Below are positions 44,491-64,000 of a stretch of DNA of 64,000 nt, piece after piece; positions within the stretch are counted from its first letter, which is position 1; the number at the start of each line of letters is the position of its first letter. The position numbers and the translations under genes were made by a program. Source of the stretch: Amoebidium appalachense (Eukaryota; Protista; Ichthyosporea); NCBI GenBank assembly GCA_963693365.1, contig CAVNZM010000007.1, positions 7,809,962 to 7,873,961 on the forward strand. The letters are read 5' to 3'. The notes under the pieces are model-generated. The model saw only the letters and a list, made by a program, of their open reading frames with translations. It was not told where the DNA came from and did no database searches.

Positions 44491-47400
44491 GTTTGGAAGG
44501 CTATCAGATGATGCTCAGTTGTAAAAGGGAGTGAGCTTGTTTTCGAGCTATTATGAGCAATAAAGTCTATAAATTTATTATTTATAACATAAATATATTA
44601 TATAAAACCAAAATTATGTATTAAATAGATGCTTAGGTGTGTTATACATAAGTAATAAGCATAAACTGAAAAAGCCATTGTTTTTTTGTGAGCCACCTAA
44701 TTCAAAATTGCGCAGCTTTTCTTACCCCAGCTCTCTGTGATCCTTCGTATCCAACCGCAGCCCGTAAAAATAGCAACCGGAGAGCTATCCACGAATGAAA
44801 ATCTTAGGAGCGATCATGGCAAAACGATCAAAACAGCTGGTTCCGTATTTGGAAGGAAGTTCGGTAGGCTTCTTCAAACGTAGATCCGCTATCCCGAATT
44901 GTGACCCTGCACCAATCGTATTTGGATAAAGAACAATGGCTATCTCTGCATTTCAGATCCATAATGTACATATCGTAAATTTCCAAACAAACTTGATGAA
45001 AGTCTGTTTTTTTGAAGTATATATAGGGTAAAAATGGTTAAGATTTAGGATGAGCATTGTAAAATAGGCATATATATTTCTGTTTTGCCATCAGCATTGG
45101 CCTAGAATGAGCCATTGTTTGAAAAGCCACCAATCGGAATTGACCGGCTCAGAAGCATTTGTTTTTATTCAGAAAGTATCGAGGTTTTTATCTTCGCATT
45201 GTAAAGGCTACTGTTGTTGATTGGATACAAAAGAATCGTTTACAAGTATACACATATGATTGGCTCAAAGAAAATCGGATCGAGCCGGGTCCTAATTAGT
45301 GGTAAAAGTTTAATTAGCTTCCTGCATAATATGAAACAAAATTTTGTCCCACTCTAAAAGTCAGCGAGAAAAATTATTTGAACATGAGATTATTAATATA
45401 AAATATAAAGGAATGTCGACGTATAAGCCTAAAGAAAATCGGTTATAGAGTCTCAAACATGCTGGGCCCTTCCGGCTCTTATCAGCGGGCAGTTCTTCGC
45501 CTGCCCCCCTCAAGTAAACGGAAGCAGTGGGACAACATTCCTGTGACACCTGTCTGACTTAAATGGTTGTGCCGAAGCGGCAACAAAAAATAGTCATGTG
45601 GCTGTATGCCATAGATTTTGTATTCAGTATAGTAATCATTTTCATTTTGATAATTAATGGGAAATATATTTCTGATGGTTTCGAGTGATTTCTTCATTAC
45701 CTTTCACGTTGATAGCCTCAAGAGTCCCATGAACCATGAGAAAATGTAGAAAGCCAATCAATACCGGCCTGTGGAGCATTCATACAATAAGCGTGATATA
45801 TAGCGAACCAAAGACTGTATAAAATGTTGCAAGCGTTTTGATTAGAGGTGATCACTTTGTAAACCAACCAGCGCAGCCTCTTGCTCACTGAGCCAGGGAG
45901 ACATGAGGGAGCCTGGCCCTTGTGCCTTCCATTATTTTTGCATACGCTTGTGTATAAAGAACAAAATTTTTATCAATCATGAATATATTAATTACTGGCC
46001 TTCTGTATGTTTTAATATTTAGTGATGCATTACACCGTAAATAATAGCCAAAACTCGCAAGCCAGTTATGCTATAAGTAGACTACAGGTGGCACCTGAGC
46101 ATGATCATACAAGAATCGAAACTAGTAAAAAAGTATACAGCCAATAAAGACAATAGCATTTATAACCGCCAACCAACCCATCCTGTCCGTGATCGTTTTT
46201 TTTCGCCGCTAGCCCATAATGGTGTGCATATATAAGACCCACTCAGCCCACTCTCTGTGATCGATCACAAAAATGAAACCGAACTTCAAGTAGAAAGTAA
46301 ACTGGTGATAAGGGGCAGACACTGACAGATATGTAAGGCACGTTTTCTACTTGCCACTGAAACATGGGCAGGTAAAAGACACTTGCACACTTTTCCATGT
46401 AACTGAATCATTATCAGGAGAGGCCCATTATAACTGAATTGAGTGCTGCATCGAGCAAAAACACTGCTACCTTCAAGGTAGCTCTTATTTTTCAAGGCGG
46501 ACAAAACTTTCCTTCCGAAGCGACTGATCACGCGCCAACTCATACCCTTGAAAAATAGAGATATTGTAGTTTATCATACGGCGGCTGAGGCCACAGTCGC
46601 ACGTGGCAGGCAAAAACAGCACATATACAGGACAGGTGCACGCACAATTGCAATATTAGGCAACTACATAAAGACTATTTTCCCGTGCCAACGACCGTTG
46701 TTGCAGCAAGCTCATGATCAGGCCTTTATAATTATACTCAATAAAGCATACAAAAAACGGCAAGTTGGTTCTATCTCTCCCTTGGGCCCTTGGCTTGTTT
46801 GTGATAAGCGTGAGCTGTATGTGTAGCGGGCCATTCCTTTTTGCAATTGCCTGGCACTACTTGCAGTGCGTCAGCACAAGCATATCATTGGAGCTTTCTC
46901 TTGTTCTGTCAAGGGGAGGATGCCTGTGCTTCACGTTTGTTTGTCTTGGTCAACTTGTAGGTGAGTGGGTGTTACGACTACCCAAGGGCTCATAATAGCT
47001 GTTTAAAGTGCCTTAATTTGCTCTCGAGGAATGCACCTGTATTTTGGGTAGTATACCTAAAAGCTTCAAGTGCAGAGCTATTTATTTAGCGAGCAGTATC
47101 GAATACTCCGTTTTCACACCGGAAAACCTGCCGATAAAAAACTCGTTTTGGCATCCATACACAGCTGTATGTGAAGGAGCTGCCACAAAATCCGTATGTG
47201 GTGTTTCTATTAAACCACATAGATGTAAACTCAGCGGCGATAATGTTATCATAGTTAACGTTAGACTGTCGTACGTACGCGTCGCGTTCAACTTGCACTA
47301 TAAAAGTGTAGGCGGAGTTGCAGCTTTTTTTTTTTTTTGGGTTTGTTTGTTTGTCTTTGTGTGTTTGTGTGTGTGTGCAAACCAATACGGCTGCCACACA

Positions 47401-47920
47401 CACACACACACACACTATTTTACACACACCGTACATACAAACGACAATCAGCTTCCCGTTGCACATCCTGTGATCTGAAATAAGGGCAGCACCATGGTTT
47501 CTGAAATGGTGGCAGCACTATTTGTTTACTCGCTAAGAAACTTTAGAAGTTTCTGCTTTGAGTCTGCCCCTTGTGTCCTCCCTGCATGGTTCTACAAGTA
47601 ATATAAGGTCGAGTGCTCTGGTGTTTAAGCCACCAGTTTGCAATCACCTTGTGCCAACCGGTGCTCGGTAAAAGCTGTGCATGCGCATGCTCTTGCACTG
47701 AGCTTTTCGTTCCGGGTAGGTTCCCAAAAAAAAAAAATTGCTGATTGAGCTTTCCTGCCCTCCCCTCCCGTTCACATACACACAACACACACAGCATCAA
47801 AGATCACTCCAAAGCGCTGCATCACCGTCTTGATAGTAGGGAAGACCCCCGGGCTGTGCATCTCCCCCTAGGCCTCCCCCGCCCCCCCCCCCCCCCCCCC
47901 CCACCCCCTCCCCCCGCGGG

Positions 47921-48030
47921 GGAGGATGGGCTCTGCTTATGATACATACTGTTCATATGTGCTCTGCAATCTGCATCCTGCCGTTTGATCTTCATTGTGT
48001 AACTCGTTCTCTGTGACTCGTTCTAACTCC
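47921..48030 (+). mobile_element. Diverged short copy of the poly(C)-terminated element
   Basis: GAGGATGGGCTCTGCTTATGATACATACT...TGTAACTCGTTC, lying between C-runs. Confidence 0.6.
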
Positions 48031-48062
<32 letters not shown>

Positions 48063-48068
48063 AGGCCC

Positions 48069-48117
<49 letters not shown>

Positions 48118-48589
48118 CTCCCCCCCCCCCCTCCCCCCCTCCCCTACTCCCGGGCCCTGGGCCCATCCCCTCCGCCCAAAACTCCTCTCTGGGGCTCCCC
48201 AAAGCATTGAACACACTAGTGGCTCAGCGTCTGTTCGCTCTACTGAGCTGACTGGAACCCACGGTGACTCCCTTCACCCCGCCGCGCGTATCGTTTTGTC
48301 AGTTGTTTCATGCCCAGCTGAGCCGTTGCCCGCCTACTACAAGGCCTTTATTGTAAGATCGTGTGATCGCGGTCAATATCGACGAAACCGGTAAATCATG
48401 CATGATCGATTAGAGGAGATTGGGTCAATTGCGATTGAAATTACGTAATCAGAAACGACTACGCGCGTGTTCCTCAGCTGTGTTCCTCTTGTAGATCGAT
48501 CTGGTGATGTACACTGCATGATGCATGAGCAATTTGTAAATGTTTGTGGTGTTGTTCGCTATTTCATTACTTCCTAGGTCAATGTCGCC

Positions 48590-61362
<12,773 letters not shown>

Positions 61363-61384
61363 AACCTACATTGAAATCCCTCCC

Positions 61385-61423
<39 letters not shown>

Positions 61424-61517
61424 CCCCCTCTTTTCTCTCTCTCTCTCTGCCCCCCCCCTCCTCCCCCCCTCTCTTTCTCCCCCCTCCCCCCCGTTCGCCG
61501 CCCGGGTTGTCTCGAAA

Positions 61518-61609
<92 letters not shown>

Positions 61610-63685
61610 CATGAAAAGATAAAGGCATAAACATGAAAAGATAAAGGCAGGCACACACCCACCGCCACAAGCAACATGATGATCATTCATACTGTACGCA
61701 AAAAACATATATCAACACGGCCACTGCATATGCTTTATTGCCATCTGTTTCCTTTTACTCTTTGGTGGGTTAAGTGGGTGGGTCACACACTTCAAATTAT
61801 AAGAATGCTTTAGCAGCCAAGGAAGAGACAGCAACTGTAAACGAAGCATGCACATTCCGTCAACTGTGTTAGTGTGAAAAAGATTTGGATATGTAGGCAC
61901 GAATGCACTCTTGTTAACCTTTTTAAAGCATAACCTCTTTATGACGACCCATTGACCCGGAGCCAAAATTATGGTTTGTCGACGTCATATATCTGTTGTT
62001 AAAATATCCCGAATGTTAAGCTCATTAGTTATATCTTGTGAGCTTAATTAATGATGTCGTGTGTCAGCTGGCTGGCAGCTAAGAACAAGAATACATGGTA
62101 AGAGAGCCGCGGTACTCTATCAAAGTACTCTAAGCCTTGACCGTGTTCGTTTCATCATTGTGCTCCACACGTCCATTCTGCTGATTCCGACACACGCGAG
62201 TAAAAAGCGCCTTGGGAAAAAGGTTTAACAATGCTTTGTAGAAAAACAACAACAATACATCAGAGTACTGTTTCCATGTCCGACAAAATAAGAAAGATGC
62301 CAGTTCGAAGTATGAAAAGTCAGGACCTGGTGAGCCTAGAATCTAGCCCCAGCTGTTTGTGCGTGGCAGCATTGTGTGTGCAATGTGCGTGGGTGTGCAT
62401 CTAAACCTATCAGTGTGTGTGCGCGTGACGTGTGAGCTGTGCCCATGTACGTGCGTGTTTGCCACTGACGTGCGTGCTTTTAAGTGCTTGCATGCATATG
62501 CATGGAATGGGAAGTGTGTGTATGTATACACGTACATCCCTTGTGTCTGTGTACGTGTGTGCGTATGTGCGTGCGTGCGTGCGTGTGTGTGTGTGTGTAG
62601 TGCATGCATGTGTAATACGTGCGCGTGTGTGCGCACGTGAATCTGTGTGGCTGTGTGCATGTGTGTGCCTACAATAGGTGCGCAAGTGTGCGCGGGGGCG
62701 TACGTCAGTGGATCATCGGGGGTCTGGGGGGTGGGGGGGTGGGGGTGGGCCTGGGGGTATGGTGGTAATACATTGTGAAGGTGGTGGTGGTGGTCGGTGG
62801 TGTGATGGTGGTGCCATGGGGTGCCACCGGGTAGCGTGGGGTGGGGTGGGTCACCCGGGGGGTGGGACTGGGCTGGGAAGGAGGGAGGAGGGGGGGGAGA
62901 GAGAGATCTGAGAGAGAAAGAGAGAGAGAGAGAAGGAAGGCTGTACATGTATGTGGTTGGCTGGGTGTACACGTGCACAGTGCACTTGAACGCATGTGTG
63001 TGGACCCGTGTGTTACACTCCGAGCAAAGTCAGTCAGTCGGTGCAGCTGTGTGGCATGTCGACGTTTTGTCACCGTCACCGTGCACATGTACATGGCCCA
63101 CAGCAAGTGTTGGACAACGGTAGCCTCCCCCAAAACCATTGCAAATCTTTGTGATAAAGCAAAAAATAATTTACATACATAACACGAGAATATGACACAG
63201 ATTGAAGTTCGAATATCATATTTGTTAATTGTACACATGTATCGGATACCACAGGTTTAACATATTGTTCTAGATTTTCCTCGTATTTATTTTCTTGAGC
63301 ACTTTTGTCCTGAAAAAACCTGATGGCAGATTCTCAGAATACCTACGCGGAGGGGGAAAAAAAAATAATAAAAAAATTCAAATGTAAAAATTTGGCAACG
63401 TAGATTTAGAGTCTCGGGGACCTTTTGGAATGTTTATATTTTGAGTTTTGATTGGACTCCTCAATAACTTTATTGTGATTGGCTAAAACTAATGCGATGG
63501 TATGCCTTGAGCATTCCTGTGTCCTTTTTGTTTACATTTGAGTGTGACTGTGGGGCAGTCGGAGTCCACTCCCGTTGCTCCGTTCGAGTGGAGCCAGGAC
63601 TTTTGGAAAGCGAAAAACTCAGGCGCATTGCGCAGTTGTCAATTTCTACGGAGAAAGAGTTTACCTAACGAGATCGTAGGACTAA

Positions 63686-63692
63686 TATAAAA
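63686..63692 (+). promoter_or_regulatory. TATA box of the last gene
   Basis: TATAAAA about 95 bp before ATG 63783, with ATTGG boxes near 63451 and 63478. Confidence 0.5.
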
Positions 63693-63782
63693 GACGTCGT
63701 GCAGAGCAGTTGAAACCAGCATTTTGTTCAAAACCCACACACCTCCCCTCAAAACATTTGTTTTCCAGCGAGGCGGTGCACC

Positions 63783-63866
63783 ATGCAGACAATGAATCGG
63801 TGCCTGCTGGCTGCGCTTTGTGCGCTGTCAAGTCTTGCCCATGCCCTGCCTACAGAGAACGAGCAG
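63783..63866 (+). CDS. First exon of a secreted protein (signal peptide); the gene continues beyond the window
   Basis: CACCATG context, MQTMNRCLLAALCALSSLAHA-LPTENEQ, and a consensus donor CAG|GTAAGC. Confidence 0.75.
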
Positions 63867-63933
63867 GTAAGCTATTACGGGCGCATGGTCTGTCTGTTTT
63901 ACTTTTCCTGTTTTCATCCGTCCTCTTAGGTGC

Positions 63934-63971
<38 letters not shown>

Positions 63972-64000
63972 AGGAAAGGAAAGGAAAGAAATGTTCGTGG

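Overview
Intron-rich eukaryotic DNA. The gene set (ATXN7L3-type SGF11 with a SCA7 domain, DENND11/LCHN, annexin) suggests a holozoan, possibly unicellular; this is inference only. Introns are packed with poly(C)/poly(G) and (CA)n/(TG)n tracts, so most ORFs in the supplied track are microsatellite artefacts. Hand-spliced, phase-consistent genes: SYS1 (3 exons, minus), SGF11/ATXN7L3 (10 coding exons, with a tRNA-Gln(CTG) in its last intron), a small single-pass membrane protein, an annexin (3 exons), an intronless atypical bZIP factor, DENND11/LCHN (12 exons, one probable GC-AG intron) and the first exon of a secreted protein. Mobile DNA includes a TTAA-flanked Kolobok-like element carrying a nested LINE fragment, two MITE-like elements, and a frameshifted Penelope-like reverse transcriptase with no C-terminal endonuclease (Naiad/Chlamys-like architecture). 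The most notable signal is a family of more than 15 non-coding, structured, variably 5'-truncated elements. They end in poly(C) rather than poly(A), form head-to-tail tandems, lie almost always sense to the host gene, show covarying helices in a pseudoknot-like order, and in SYS1 appear to supply the 3' splice site. They are probably non-autonomous partners of the Penelope-like RT.
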